Positions 14,763 through 29,109 of a stretch of DNA of 64,000 bases are shown here, piece by piece. The translations under genes and the position numbers were made by a program. Positions within the stretch are counted from its first letter, which is position 1, and every line of letters starts with the position of its first letter. Source of the stretch: the human T2T-CHM13v2.0 reference genome, Homo sapiens; NCBI RefSeq assembly GCF_009914755.1, contig NC_060935.1. One strand, written 5' to 3'. The notes under the pieces are model-generated. The model was not told the DNA's origin. It did not search any database and worked only from the letters and a program-made list of their open reading frames with translations.

Positions 14763-16808
14763 TTATTTAAATATAAAACAATGCTACATTGTAAAAAAAA
14801 CTTGCTACATACATAGGTTTTACACATGAGAATTATAAGATTAAATCAGCAATTAGGGCTGTGTCCCTGACAGAGAAGGATTAAATAGCACAAAAAAGTA
14901 GCATAAATACAAAAATGATATAAAAATAAAGGCAAATGAAATCTGATAATTCATTATTTATCCTTCCATTAACAGAATTTCTTCTCTATGAGTGAATTAT
15001 TTGATATGACAAATTGCCTCTAAAAATTGTTTAATTGAATTTTAATTTAAAAAAGCATTTAAAATGCACAATTTCAAACTGTGTTCCTGGTAGCCCCAAG
15101 GATTGTGCAAAATTGTCTCAGAGTGAAACAGGGAGTCTTTGGAGCACTCAACCCAGTGTCTGTCTTCTACCAGAGTGTCATAGGTATGAGACATACTGGG
15201 CTTTAAATTGAGAGATAATTTTTAAAAAGGCTTCTGATTTTAAAAAAGTCTAAAATTTTTTCCATTTAATTTAAAGAAACTCTCCCATGAAGTCTTATAA
15301 CGTGAAGAATCTATCCTCCCAATAACCTGGTTTCTAAGATAATAGTTTTTCTTAATACTAGGCACATATGTTCAAAACATAATTATAGAAAGTATATTTT
15401 TTCCTACATGCCTTTCCAGTATACAAAACAAATGAATTTCAGCAGATAGAACTCTTTGGCTAGTAAACAAATAACAGACAAAACTGAAAATGTGGCAATT
15501 TTGTTCCATATTAGCATAATTTACTGACAAGGTGTGTATAACTAGACGGCAAAGACAAAGAATGCTTCCCACACATGCACTCCTATTTGGGGGAATCACT
15601 CTGGAGGCAGGGCTCCCTGAATGAGAGTCTTGTTATGAAAGCTACTTTAGACAGCAAAGGACAGAGTACGTCACATCATCCTTGACTTAACCAGGGTACT
15701 AGTGATAGAAACAGAGCACCCAACCTGACCATATATCTTATCTTCTCTTCCAAAATGACAGTGGGACATCAGTCCTTTCTCAAGTACACACTTTCCATAT
15801 ACCGAAAAGAAAGTGTCAAAAAAAATTTAAGGGATTTTCCAGGAAATCCTGAATGTAACCAACTGCCACAACTGAATCAAAGCAGACAGAAAAAAACAGT
15901 GTTTTTGTTTTGTTTTGTTTTACATTGCTACAGGAGATCTCTGTAGTCTCATACTATAAAAATTTGAGTATTTCCCTCAAGCAGTGACATCTGGCATTCA
16001 GGAGTTGGTCAGAACATTTGCATAACTTTTGCTTTTGCCCAAAACATAACTATTTTGCACTACATATTTTTCCAAACACAAATAAAACTATTCTGTGTGA
16101 TCTAGAGCTGCTGTGAAGTATGACAGTTAATAGTATAAAATATTCATAAGTTTTCATATTTTTCATAATTGATAACATTTATCTCTTGTACTATGATTTC
16201 AGCCATCAAATTATACATAATAGCTGGGGTTAAAGACTTAATATTTATTTGACCAATATGATAAACACTGTGAAGTAGTAAAATGCTGATCCCTTAAAAA
16301 TGTCACCTCTCCTAGATCATCCTCCTATTAACCTAAGGGATTCAATCCCTAAAAACTTAAAGAATGAAGAACTTTTCAAAACCACTTTCTGCTTAAGAGT
16401 GACAAGTTGGGAAAAAAATTGCTTAATAATAATAGGAAATACTCCTTGTGGAAACAGCTTTACTACAAGCCTCTGCAGCTGCTATTGAAAGGATTCAGAG
16501 AAATATTCATGCCAGAGGGAGGACAGAGACATGTCACAAGCAATGTTCTTTCCAAGCGTAAAAGTTTAATACCGTAGTTCATATGAATTTCTCTTGCTTC
16601 ACTTTCTCTAGGGTTTATTTTTCATATATATGAAGACATACATATAACCAGGAAAATGCATTTTCCCCCTGTGGTATTTCTAAATGCCTACCTTCCATAG
16701 CACATACACAGTTAGCCTGCCTGCCTGCCTGCTCTCTCTCTTCTTATCCGTAGTGTTCTGTCTTATGCAGGGACTTGGAATTTAATTTTCTGGCTTAGAA
16801 ACACTTAC

Positions 16809-16893
16809 GTAGGCACAATTCCCAATGTCCTTGGCGAAGATTTTGAGGGGAATGCTCTTCGGGTAGTCCTTTTCTTTCTCTAGATTGATGTAT
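16809..16893 (-). CDS. ARHGAP20: ARHGAP20 coding exon, 85 nt, YINLEKEKDYPKSIPLKIFAKDIGNCAY (PH/RA junction)
   Basis: Acceptor tttgattag|A and donor TAC|gtaagt. Phase 2 to 0, frame continuous. Confidence 0.95.
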
Positions 16894-17800
16894 CTAATCA
16901 AATGCAACAGCAACCCAAAACAACACTGAGTCAGATGGAATTCGCTAATGGCTTATTTTAAAAATCAATTTATTTTGCTAATATTTCCAATATACTTATA
17001 TGCTATTTTTAAAAAAGATAGATGAGAAGACTCAGCAAAGTCAGATTACATTATGGGTTGGAAGAGAATAAACAAAATTTCAGGACATTAGGCATGGGCA
17101 CAAAAAAATAGGACAGGCATGTCAAGTGAGGTTTGAGAAGCACAATCAGGTTAGGGCACCTCTGGGTAATGTCTGTCTTCTTTGGACAGGTCCAACACCT
17201 TACTGATAAGTATAGGAACATATATAATAAATATTTTACAAGGCCAAACCAAAGCAATGACCTTGTACTTCTCATTTAACTCCCCAGTAGGGTGTAAATC
17301 TTGGTTATCCTATAGCGTGGAGAGGGAGAGAGGACAGGAGGGAGGGAAGGACTGTAAGTCTAACAGATGAGCCTAAGTCAATCATTTTAGTCTGCATGCT
17401 CAATGGTAGGGATAATAACTACCATTATTTTTGAGGTGCTTAGCAGAAAACCCTGCATTTATGGAAACTTAATACATACTTTGAGGAAACTGTTAGCTCC
17501 AATTGGTAGGCTGGAGACAATGGAAAGAGAGAGGAGATTATTGACTAACTTCTGTCTAAAATGATTTAACTAGACCTCAATGTTCTCCTTCCTAGAAAGT
17601 TAAGAAATACATATAATGAGAGAACATTATTTGTAGCAAGTAAGTAGCTAGTGTACGATATAAACGGCAGCTTATTTAGAGGTCAAATGAACAATTTCTA
17701 CTAAGGAGAAGGGGAATAATTTGGGGCACATCTCTGCAGAAAAGGTCTTAATTCATTTATTAAAGGTTAAAGATTAAAAATATGAATACTGAAAAAATAC

Positions 17801-17842
17801 CTCTGAAGGAGAGAGAGCCATTTGTCCTTTTGTTCTGGAGAA
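17801..17842 (-). CDS. ARHGAP20: ARHGAP20 coding exon, 42 nt, PH C-terminal helix SPEQKDKWLSLLQ(R)
   Basis: Acceptor ttctttgattgcag|T and donor AG|gtattt. Carries the invariant PH-domain Trp (KDKWL). Confidence 0.95.
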
Positions 17843-18631
17843 CTGCAATCAAAGAAAATGGGAGAGAAAAATTAAACCACATAAAATACAAATGCTAACA
17901 GATTTAGGATTGTCAATCCAGATGAAAATATCAACAACCTGTTGTTACTAATACAGTTGCACACATAAGCTGCAACCTTGGCATAATTGTGTTCTGGAGA
18001 ACTCTGCAGTGGAAATATCCCTTTGGAAAAACTACAGTCAAATGTAGTTTTATTAAATCCTTTTGGATGGATCTAAGACAAACCCTCTTTTCTACTTTAC
18101 TGCTTTTTTACAAGTGGTATTATATCAGTGTGAGAGAGTTCCTATAGTGGAAAGAGTACTTGATTTGGAATCTAACACTTGATTTCAAAATTATATGCAA
18201 GCTAGACAATCATGGGCAAGTCATTTAACCTCTAAGCCTCAGTTTCTACATCTATGAAACTGGGTTAGTATTTTCGTAGCTCACACGGCCATACAAATAG
18301 AAAGTATGCTTAATATTGAGAACACAGAGATTAAGAGAAATTTGGCATGTGAATGGAAATCTCTTTGCCCAGAAACCAGTTTGTTGTTAGGAAAAGAAAC
18401 ATTAAAAAAAAAATACATACAGCAAGATTATGATTTAGTAAATTAGTTCATTGAAAACTTATTCTTAAAAACTATAACCTTCTAAGATCAATCCATTTGC
18501 AACTAAATTAGTATTAATTTTTATGCTGATTTCACTATTACGTTTAATTCTTCAGATTAAAAATAATTTAAAGTTTATTCCTATGTGGTCTTGTCACTAA
18601 CAAGCTTTTAAAATCATATTTCTCTCTCATA

Positions 18632-18810
18632 TTTTTAAAGACAGGGGTCTTGCTCTGTTGCCTGGGCTGGAGTATAGAGGCATGATCATGGCTCACTGTA
18701 GGCTTGAACTCCTGGGGCCCAAGTGATCACGCTGGCTCAGCCTTTTGAGTAGTTAGGGCTACAGATGCGTGCCACAAGGCCTGGCTAATTTTCTAATCTT
18801 TTTAGAGATG
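18632..18810 (-). mobile_element. AluJ/FRAM partial
   Basis: agacaggggtcttgctctgttgcctgggctggag...cctggctaattt, diverged. Confidence 0.75.
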
Positions 18811-19164
18811 TTGGAAATCCTAGTTATTTTATTATTTCCAAAAATACATTTATTCACTAACTTTATTGTTTAGCAATTTTCTCCATAAGCAATCTCCCAG
18901 GATTTGTCATCAGAAAGTGTACCACATTTTTTTCTTTTTTTTTTTTTTTACCATTGAGCATACATTTTCCATCTTTCACAATTCCTTACTATCTTTTGAT
19001 GTATTCTCTTTTCTAAAATAGATTTTCTAGGTTCACTTATGTCAAATCTTGGATTTATTTAGCAAAAATCTGTTGAGAAACAGATAAGAGCTTTGCTTCA
19101 GACCTGCTAACTTTTTTCAAAGGAGTTAAAGAAAATTGCCCCTTTAAGACTCTTAGTATTTTTT

Positions 19165-19860
<696 letters not shown>

Positions 19861-20784
19861 CTTCAAAATATAAATTATGAAGTGTGTCAGGTTAATGTAT
19901 GGAGATTGATTTGTGTAATCTTCTTGTATATTTCCCTTTCCCCCCTGCTCTATACCTGAATCCAGGACTCCCTTTCTTTAGTAATTCTTAATCTCAGGCA
20001 TTTTTACAGGACTAAAAATAGAAGTACTTCAAAGTCAATGACTATCTCTGCGTTTTATAAATACTTAAACCCATTAAAAAGACAGTAAGATCCAGGACAG
20101 GAGAAAGCAGTGTATCTTGGAAAATAAAATAAAAAGGGCATGGCAGATTAGAAGATTCTCTCAAATTATGGAGGAGATAGAGGCCTGTCATCACTGAGAG
20201 TGAGCCGGGAACCATATGTCACTCAGTTAAGGTGCCCTAAGGAAACAGAAAGAACCCAGAGGAAATGGTTTTAAGGAGTCATTAGGGAGGCTGGGTCCTA
20301 GGCACCAAAGTTTTTATATCGGCAAAGATACCTTCCACCCACCCCCTGCCCCCCTTTATGGCAAAGCAGCAGAACATCTCTGGATATACAGGGACAACTC
20401 TGGGCATAGAAAAAAATGTCAACAGTGACCACAATAGACTAAAGTCAGAAGCCCTTTATCTGTTTTGGAGGCATCTTAGAAGTCTCCTGTATTCTAGTTC
20501 TACCTTACAAAAACAGCAGTTCCAGTAAAGAAGAAAATCTGATTTCCTACCAGCTTGGCAAAATGGGGGTTTAAGATGAGTTTTAATTTGATCTATAAAT
20601 AAACACGCATACCTGAGTTTGTAGTCTAAGATTCACAGTAGGTACTTAAGTTAAAATATTATTTTCTGATTCTTATAGACCATTGTCAGATTCAAGGACT
20701 TCCTGTGTCTTTTGACTGATTTTCCCATTCTTTCATACCGTTATTTGTGAAATCAAGGTGCAGCACCTATTTTTCTGGTGAATC

Positions 20785-21871
20785 AGAGTATATGTAGTGA
20801 TAGAGTATATGTAGTGATAGTGTATATGTAGTGATAGAGTATATGCAGTGATAGAGTATATGCAGTGATAGAGTATATGCAGTGATAGCGTATATGCAGT
20901 GATAGCATATATGCAGTGATAGAGTATATGCAGTGATAGAGTATATGCAGTGATAGAGTATATGCAGTGAGAGTGTATGCAGTGATAGAGTATATGCAGT
21001 GATAGCATATATGTAGTGATAGAGTGTATGCAGTGATAGAGTGTATGCAGTGATAGAGTGTATGCAGTGATAGAGTATATGCAGTGATAGCATATATGTA
21101 GAGTGTATGCAGTGATAGAGTATATGCAGTGATAGAGTATATGCAGTGGTAGAGTATATGCAGTGATAGAGTATATGCAGTGATAGAGTATATGCAGTGA
21201 GAGTGTATGCAGTGATAGAGTATATGCAGTGATAGCATATATGTAGTGATAGAGTGTATGCAGTGATAGAGTGTATGCAGTGATAGAGTGTATGCAGTGA
21301 TAGAGTATATGCAGTGATAGCATATATGTAGAGTGTATGCAGTGATAGAGTATATGCAGTGATAGAGTATATGTAGTGATAGCATATATGTAGAGTATAT
21401 GCAGTGATAGAGTATATGCAGTGATAGAGTATATGCAGTGGTAGAGTATATGCAGTGATAGAGTATATGTAGTGATAGTGTATATGTAGTGATAGAGTAT
21501 ATGCAGTGATAGAGTATATGTAGTGATAGGGTATATGCAGTGATAGGGTATATGCAGTGATAGAGTATATGCAGTGATAGAGTATATGTAGTGATAGCGT
21601 ATATGTAGTGATAGAGTGTATGCAGTGATAGAGTGTATGCAGTGATAGAGTATATGCAGTGATAGAGTATATGTAGTGATAGAGTATATGCAGTGATAGA
21701 GTATATGTAGTGATAGAGTATATACAGTGATAGAGTATATGTAGTGATAGAGTATATGTAGTGATAGAGTATATGTAGTGATAGTGTATATGTAGTGATA
21801 GTGCATATGTAGTGATAGAGTATATGCAGTGATAGAGTATATGCAGTGATAGAGTATATGTAGTGATAGAG
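20785..21871. repeat. Minisatellite/VNTR, 17-bp unit AGAGTATATG(C/T)AGTGAT, about 64 copies
   Basis: Direct 17-nt periodicity. The ORF-track peptides repeat every 17 aa (3 units). Confidence 0.98.
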
Positions 21872-22032
21872 ATGAAACTCCTTTTGGGCTTTTTTGAGAT
21901 GTGACTACCCTGTTTTCCAAAGTAAAGCATGAAAAGCTCACATGGATTGCCTGCTCTTCCCTCAATTTGACTCAATTGGGAGGTTTTCAAAGATTCTGGC
22001 AATTGTCAGTCTTAGATTTCAATGCTATTAGT

Positions 22033-22468
22033 TTTTACTTTTTATTTTTATTTTTTTGAGACCGAGTCTTGCTCAGGCTAGAGCTATTGCCCAGGTTGGA
22101 GTGTAGTAGTGCAATCACAGCTCACTGCAGTCTTGAATTCCTGGATTCAAGCAATGCTCCTGCCACATCCTCCCAAGTAGCTAAGACTACAGATGGGTAC
22201 CACCATGCTCAGCTAATTTAAACATTTTTTTAGAGATGGGGTCTATGTTGCCCAGGTCTATGGCCTCAAGCAATCCTCCACCTCAGCCTCCCAAGTAGCT
22301 GGGACTACAGGTGTATGCCACCATGCCTGCATAATATTTTGACTTTTTTGTAGAGATAGAATCTTGCTATATTGACCAGTTTGGCCTCAAACTCCCCCCC
22401 TCAAGTGATCCTCTCACCTCAGCCTTTCAAGCAGCTGGGATTACAGGCACCAGTCACTGTGTCTGGCT
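22033..22468 (-). mobile_element. AluJ plus an extra monomer (trimeric arrangement)
   Basis: Three consecutive diverged Alu monomers separated by T-rich linkers. Confidence 0.75.
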
Positions 22469-22619
22469 ACATTTACAAAAAATAGTTATTATAGTAACTG
22501 GATAGTAGAGACTGCTTCTTTAACCTGCTACCTGATGGAATTTTAAATGGATGATGACCTAGATTTCCCTAACATTTCCAATGATTTCCACTCCTTCCTA
22601 AAGATCTGAGCTTCCCTCT

Positions 22620-24340
22620 TGTCTTTCACTTCAGTGTGAAAAACTTGTGTTAACATTTTTTTCGGTAGGACAGTTCTGCTAGTAATAAATTATTATAGTT
22701 TTTTAAAAAAATCTTCATTCTACCTTCATTTTAAAATAATATTTTTGCTGAATACTGTATTCTAGGTTAAACGGTTTTCAACACTTTAAAAAATGTATTC
22801 CATTGTCAGCTGGGCGCGGTGGCTCATGTCCGTAATCCCAGCACTTTGGGAGGCTGAGGCAGGCAGATCACCTGAGGTCAGGAGTTTGAGACCAGTCTGG
22901 CCAACATGGGGAAACCCAGTTTCTACTAAAAATACAAAAAAATTAGCTGGGCGCGGTGGTGTGCACCTGTAATCCCAGCTACTCAGGAGGCTGAGGCAGG
23001 AGAATCACTTGAAGCCGGGAGGCAGAGGTTGCAGTGAGCCGAGATCATGCTATTGCACTACGGCTTGGGCAACAAGAGTAAAACTCCATCTCAAAAAAAA
23101 AAAAAAAAAAAAAAAAGCTCCACTGTCTTCTAACCTCCATAGTTTCTAATGAAAGGGCCATAATAATTCAAATTGTCATTTTCCTATTTGTACTACATTG
23201 TTTTTATCTGACTGCTTTCAAGATCTTTCTCTTATTTTTGATTTATGGTTGTTTATAACATGACTAGGTATAGTTTTCTTAATAGTCACACTGTCTAGGG
23301 TTCAGTGAGCTGTATATTTATGCCTTTTACCAAATTTAGGTAGTTTTTAACCACTATTTTTTCAGCCCCATTTCCTCGCTCCTCTTTCTGTAATTCCAGT
23401 GACATGTATATTATACTTTTTGATATATTCCCACAAGTCCGTGATACATTTTTCCTTTAAAAAATCTTTGCTTTTTTTTTCCTGTTCCTCAGATTACACA
23501 ATTTGTATTGATAAATCTTCAAGTTCACCAAATCCTCTTTCATTTCCATTCTGCAAAGAAGGCCACTCAGAAAATATTTTATTTAAAATATTTTAGTTTT
23601 CAGTTCTAGAATTTTCATTTGGCCCTTTTTAGTATTTTTTATTTCTCTGCTGATATTTCCTATCTTTTTATTAATTTAAATTGAATTTTCCTTTTACCTG
23701 CCATGCTTACTTATGAAAGCTGTTTTAAAGTTCTTTTCTGGTAATTCAACATATGAATCATCTCAAGATTGGTCTCTATTGATTATCTTTTTCCTTGTTC
23801 TTCACATGTCAAGATATTTTAGATTGTATTCTGGACATTACAAATGTTTTGTTTTGGAGACTGTATTCTGTTATATTTGTGGAACAGTGTTGATATTTTT
23901 GTTTTAGCATAAAACTAACTTGATTAGATGAAGCTACAAACTCTATTTCATCTGTGATGAGTTGCGGCTCAGTTCGATTCTTTCAGTCTTAGCTTCAAGA
24001 TGCTTTGAGTCTGTCTCATGCATGTGGGGTTTGGTGATCAGCCAGAGATTTGGGCAGTGTTTATACATAGAATTTGGAGCTTCTCTTCTCTGCTACTTTC
24101 CTTTTTGAGATTCTCCCCCTCATCCCACAATAGCTGTGGATGACATAGCTTCTGTCCTCTGGTTCTTCAGCTCAGAAAGATTGTTTTTGCCAGTTTTAGT
24201 TGTCCTACACCATGATGTAACTGTACCCTGCTCTCAGGCTAAGGCCTTAAAAACAGGAAACTCACCCAGTACTTGTGCCTACTTCCAAGTTTAAATTCCT
24301 CTCCAAAAGACCTCACTCTGCCATATCAGAGGCAGAATTC
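22620..24340 (-). mobile_element. Ancient L1M body fragment, interrupted by an Alu
   Basis: T-rich antisense L1 ORF1/ORF2-like phrases (ttcagttctagaattttcatttgg, ctgactgctttcaagatc). Boundaries approximate. Confidence 0.5.
22808..23116 (+). mobile_element. AluS (Sq/Sx-like)
   Basis: Full dimer with long poly(A) tail. Confidence 0.95.
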
Positions 24341-24354
24341 CTCAACACTTCACT

Positions 24355-24900
24355 TTTTTAAAAAAATAAATTCAGAAATTTTAGATTTCCGTAAAAGTTA
24401 CAAAGATAATATAGAGATTCCCTACATAGTTCTCATGCTGTTTAAGTTCAGAGGACTCTAAATGTTATTCTTTTACATTATCATGGTCCATTTGTCAAAA
24501 CTAAGAAACCAATATTAGTACATTACTATCAAACTCTTGACTTATTTCAGATTTCACCATTTTTTCCATTAATGTCCTTTTTCTGTTCTAGAAGCTAATC
24601 TAGAATACCACATTATAATTATTATATCTCTTTAGTAACTGATCTATGACCATTTCTCAGTCTTTCTCTGATTTTGTTTTTCTGACCTGGAAGATTTTAA
24701 GGGGTGCTGGTCAGGTATCCTGCATAATATAGCTCACTGTGTGTTTGTTGAATGATTTCCTCATGATTAGACTGGAGTTAAAGGTTTTTGGGAGGAAGAT
24801 CACAAGGTTAATTGTTCTTCTTATCACAATACATCAAGGAGTACATGTTATCTACATGACATCACTGGTGATATTAACCTTGATCATTTGGTTAAAGAAC
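24355..24900 (-). mobile_element. L1MC-like 3' end
   Basis: Motifs catttgtcaaaactaagaaac, gatttcctcatgattagact and accttgatcatttggttaa. Confidence 0.6.
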
Positions 24901-26180
24901 CATAGTTTAAATAATATAATATAGGTAAAACTTCTTTCCACATTTTCCCCTCTTCTTAAAAAAAGAAGTTTCATGAAAATTCCTTGATTAAAAATGTCAT
25001 GTAGTCATACCCTCACTTAAAATTACTTCCTTTCACCTGTAACTCCAAGGAGATAAAGCAATAGGAAATGAAAATATCTAGAGAAATCTGTCATGGAAAA
25101 GAAGATATGCTGAGAATGAAACAAACACATTTTTTTTTTCCAAATCAGTTCTTAAAATCTTGTGGTAGGCCAAATAGTGCATAATAGCATTTAATGACAT
25201 GCCTATCTTTTAATAAAAGATTAACATCATGGAAAATTTAAGTTGTCTGGCTTTATGATGATGTCCTAGGAGTTTTGTGGTGGCAAGAAGAGAAGCAGAA
25301 TAAAAAGCATCATGTGCATGTGATGGACACTAACTTTAAGTGTAAAACAAATACTGGAGAGGTTGGAACACAGTTATTCAAAATCACAGGTGTGATTGTG
25401 ATTGTTCACTCTGAACTGGACAGTGCCAATAAAGCATAATCATTAGAAGAGGACAAATATTCTGTATTCATACATTCTCCAACCCCATCCTAGCATAGGA
25501 GCATGTCTTGGGAAACTCTGACTCCTTAAAATCATACATTTGCTTTTTATTGTCACATCTCTATAGACACCAACTCAAAACCTGCTATACAATTTGGGCA
25601 ACCAGTATTTCATGAAATTAGTTTTATTTGTATAATAAAACACTATTTATTTAAAAATTCAGGAGTATAAACCATTAATTGAAACTTAATTGGACTATAC
25701 AATTTGCTTCAATGAAAGTCTTTTTCAGTGGTTTGAAAAGACTGATAAGACTTGAAAGCTCAATACGTAAAACAAATACCTACATATTAAGGAAGGGGAT
25801 GTTGAAGAGGGGGTCCTAAAGATGGGACTACTCTATTCCCCTTCCATATTCCTGGAAGTTCCTGTTGTTGCTGTTGTTGTTGTTGTTTTCACAAAAATAA
25901 CTTGTCAAACCAAGGTACATAATCCCAAGAGTTCCCAATATTTACCATTAATTTTCACATATTTTAATCAAAAGCCCATTGGGAGAAATACATGGCATAC
26001 AAGTATTTTGGTTGGGTGTATGTGTCAACAGATGAGTTATTGATTTAATATGGAATCAGAATAAAATATTTCCCTCTTAAAAATTAGAGGAACAACATTT
26101 GATTAATTTTTAAAATTTCAATCCTAGAAATTATCATAGTAGCTAACCCAGGTAAATAGAGGACAAGCTGTGGTTCTTAC

Positions 26181-26330
26181 CTGAAAGTGGCCACAAAGTT
26201 CACTGTGGGCCAGCCCAAAACAAAGGATTTCATGGCATTGGTGTTGCCTTCTCCCACTTCATCCACACAGCTTGCTGTCCACATATCAGTTAATTTAATT
26301 TTATTTTTTATCTTAAAGTTATTGTTATAT
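26181..26330 (-). CDS. ARHGAP20: ARHGAP20 coding exon, 150 nt, PH domain YNNNFKIKNKIKLTDMWTASCVDEVGEGNTNAMKSFVLGWPTVNFVATF(S)
   Basis: Acceptor ttatctttctag|A and donor AG|gtaaga. In frame with the flanking exons, phase 2/2. Confidence 0.96.
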
Positions 26331-26395
26331 CTAGAAAGATAAAAACCAAACAGAACCTTTTGTTATTTTGTTTCTTAAATTTTATGGGAGCTTCT

Positions 26396-26669
26396 CTGGA
26401 AGGCATCATCCTCAGCAAACTAACACAGGTACAGAAAACCAAATACTGCATGTTCTCACTCATAAGAGTGAGAGCTGAACATTGAGAACACATGGACACA
26501 GAGAGGGGAATAACACATACCAGGGCCTAATGAGGGGTGGGGGATAAGGGGAGGGAACTTAGAGGACGGGTCAATAGGAACAGCAAACCACCATGGCACA
26601 CGTAACCCTATGCAACAAACCTGCACATTCTGCACATGTATCCTGTTTTTTTTTTTAGAAGAAAAATAA
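26396..26669 (+). mobile_element. 5'-truncated L1PA 3' end (about L1PA12-14)
   Basis: L1 3'UTR sequence. TSD tttatgggag(c/t)ttct at 26381-26395 and 26670-26684. Confidence 0.9.
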
Positions 26670-27030
26670 TTTATGGGAGTTTCTGTACTTGTGATAAAAG
26701 GACCATTTTCACTAATCATGGGCAAAGTGTCTTATTCATTGTTTTTATCTTCAGTGCCTAGAAGAGTAAACTAAAAAAGGGTTGGCTACCTTAGCCCAAG
26801 AAGATCTTTGAAACATTGGTGAAACAGTTAGTCCTCATGCCTGCATTTATGGCAAGAAATAGGCATAAACTGGCCACCTTATTTTTCTATATGTCGAGCA
26901 TTGCATTTAGATCAAAAACCTAACTTCAAATGTACTGCTGTTACAAAATATTAATTCATTTATTATTTATAACTTGCCAATTTCCAAAACAATTTGAGTG
27001 GCTGAAAACAGAAAATACACAGGATTTATT

Positions 27031-27355
<325 letters not shown>

Positions 27356-28439
27356 AGGATTTATTAAAATGTTTATAAAATTTTCATTTTAAGAGAGATG
27401 CACTAAAAAAACCCTGTAGTTAATTAGAAGAATTTATAATATATTTTCAATGAAGTGGCTACAAGATTTTCTAGCCTTTAGAAGCATAGGTTATTTTAAA
27501 TTTCATTTCTTAGATTTTGTTCAACCATTTCCCCTTATATTCTGGTTAAAAGTAAAAATGTGCAGTCCCCCAAAAAGAACCTAAACCAAACTTAAAAAAA
27601 AAAGTAGGGTTGACACAATTAACATTCATCTCTGGGGACCTTGAAGGTGGTCTATTTTAATTCAAGTGAAATTGCTTTTAGACAATTTCTACCTAATCCC
27701 TGTAGACTCCTGATATGGAAACCACCATATCTCTTGACCTAATTGTCAGGTTTAACACTAGCAGGGACCTGAGACTTAAACAGAAGGCACAGAGAAGGAT
27801 AAAGAGAATGCTCAGGAAAACATGGGTACTTCTTGGCATTCAGACCCATTTGTGTAAATACTAAAAGTTAAAATGAAATTAAAGGTACCTTATATGGAAG
27901 TATCCCTAAAAATTCCTCTGATTCATGGAATATTTAAAGCTAAAATTTTTCAGTGGAATTCATAAGATGAAAAAGGATTTTGCAGGAACTGAAGGAGAAT
28001 CTAGATTCAAAGCCTCATTTATGATTCCCACAGAATTTAAGTGTAATAGAAAGTGCCTTGTGGCATAATGGCTTCTTTCTATATTTCAATATTTTCCACC
28101 CTATTGTTATGAATCTTTAGATTTTTAAAATAAAACAGACCCAATTACAGACCAAATTTTATTTATTGATGCCAACTGTTAAAACTACACATTTTTGGAA
28201 AAAATAGGTATCCTCCCATATTTGTTTTCACATATTTTGTATTTTCTGATGCAAGTCTCTATCTCAGTAGATGCTGCAGATATCATGTGGGAACATCCAC
28301 ATCCGTTGACCTGGAAAAAAAGTCATCCCAAAGATCCTTTCCCTAGATCAATAAGGTGCTACATTATCCACCCCGATTTCCAAAACAAGCAACTGTCTAA
28401 AAGTATAAACAATGACTTCCATTCTCCTATAATAAAAAT

Positions 28440-28650
28440 AATGGCCAATATTTATTGAGAACTTACCATATACCATTGTTGTAAATACTTTACACACATT
28501 ATTTAGTTTGATCCTCAGGAATTTTACAGGTAAGGAAATGGAGTCGTAGAGAGGTTAACCTGCTAAAAGTCACACAGCTTAAGTAGCAGAGCTAGAATTT
28601 AAACTTGGACAGTGTTGACTCCTGAGCTTATTTATGCTCTTAACCACTAG
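28440..28650 (-). mobile_element. MIR
   Basis: attttacaggtaaggaaatggag...agaggttaa...gtcacacagct core. Confidence 0.65.
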
Positions 28651-29109
28651 GCATCTATAAAAAGTCTTGGATATCACTATTCCTATAAAGCACCTGAAAC
28701 CCGGGTGAAGTTATATTTTCCATGAAGTTCTCTTCAGCTTTTCAATCTTTGGCTTTTTTTTTTTAATCTCTCCAGAGCTACAAGGCTTTCTGATGTGGCT
28801 ATTATGGAGGCTGAGGAAGAAATCTCATGAACACTTATGAACATAAAGCTAGATGGACTAGTTTGAAAATATTTAAAAGAAGTATTCCAATAAAGCTTTA
28901 TATTAAAATGGGCATTCTTGGGGTCATAGAATGCTTCTTCAGATTTTTCCACTTTCAATTTCCATAGTATTAGACTATAGAAATTTAAAAATGCTAATTT
29001 AATGTGAACCGGCTCCAATAGCATGACGACTATCTCCAATAGTATTATGACAACAGGAATTAAAAAGTGTGAATCCAATATAAACAGACTGAACAAAACC
29101 CCCTAAAAA

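Noticed and set aside
20785-21871. CRISPR-like array or tetO array (the unit contains CAGTGATAGAG, the right half of tetO)
   Set aside because: No unique spacers or cas genes, and the context is human. Only a half-site matches, without the TCCCTAT palindromic arm, so the match is coincidental.
20733-22002. Three long His/Tyr/Cys-rich ORFs (410, 411, 200 aa)
   Set aside because: Artefact. The minus strand of the 17-bp unit has no stop codon, so all three frames stay open. There are no splice or promoter cues.
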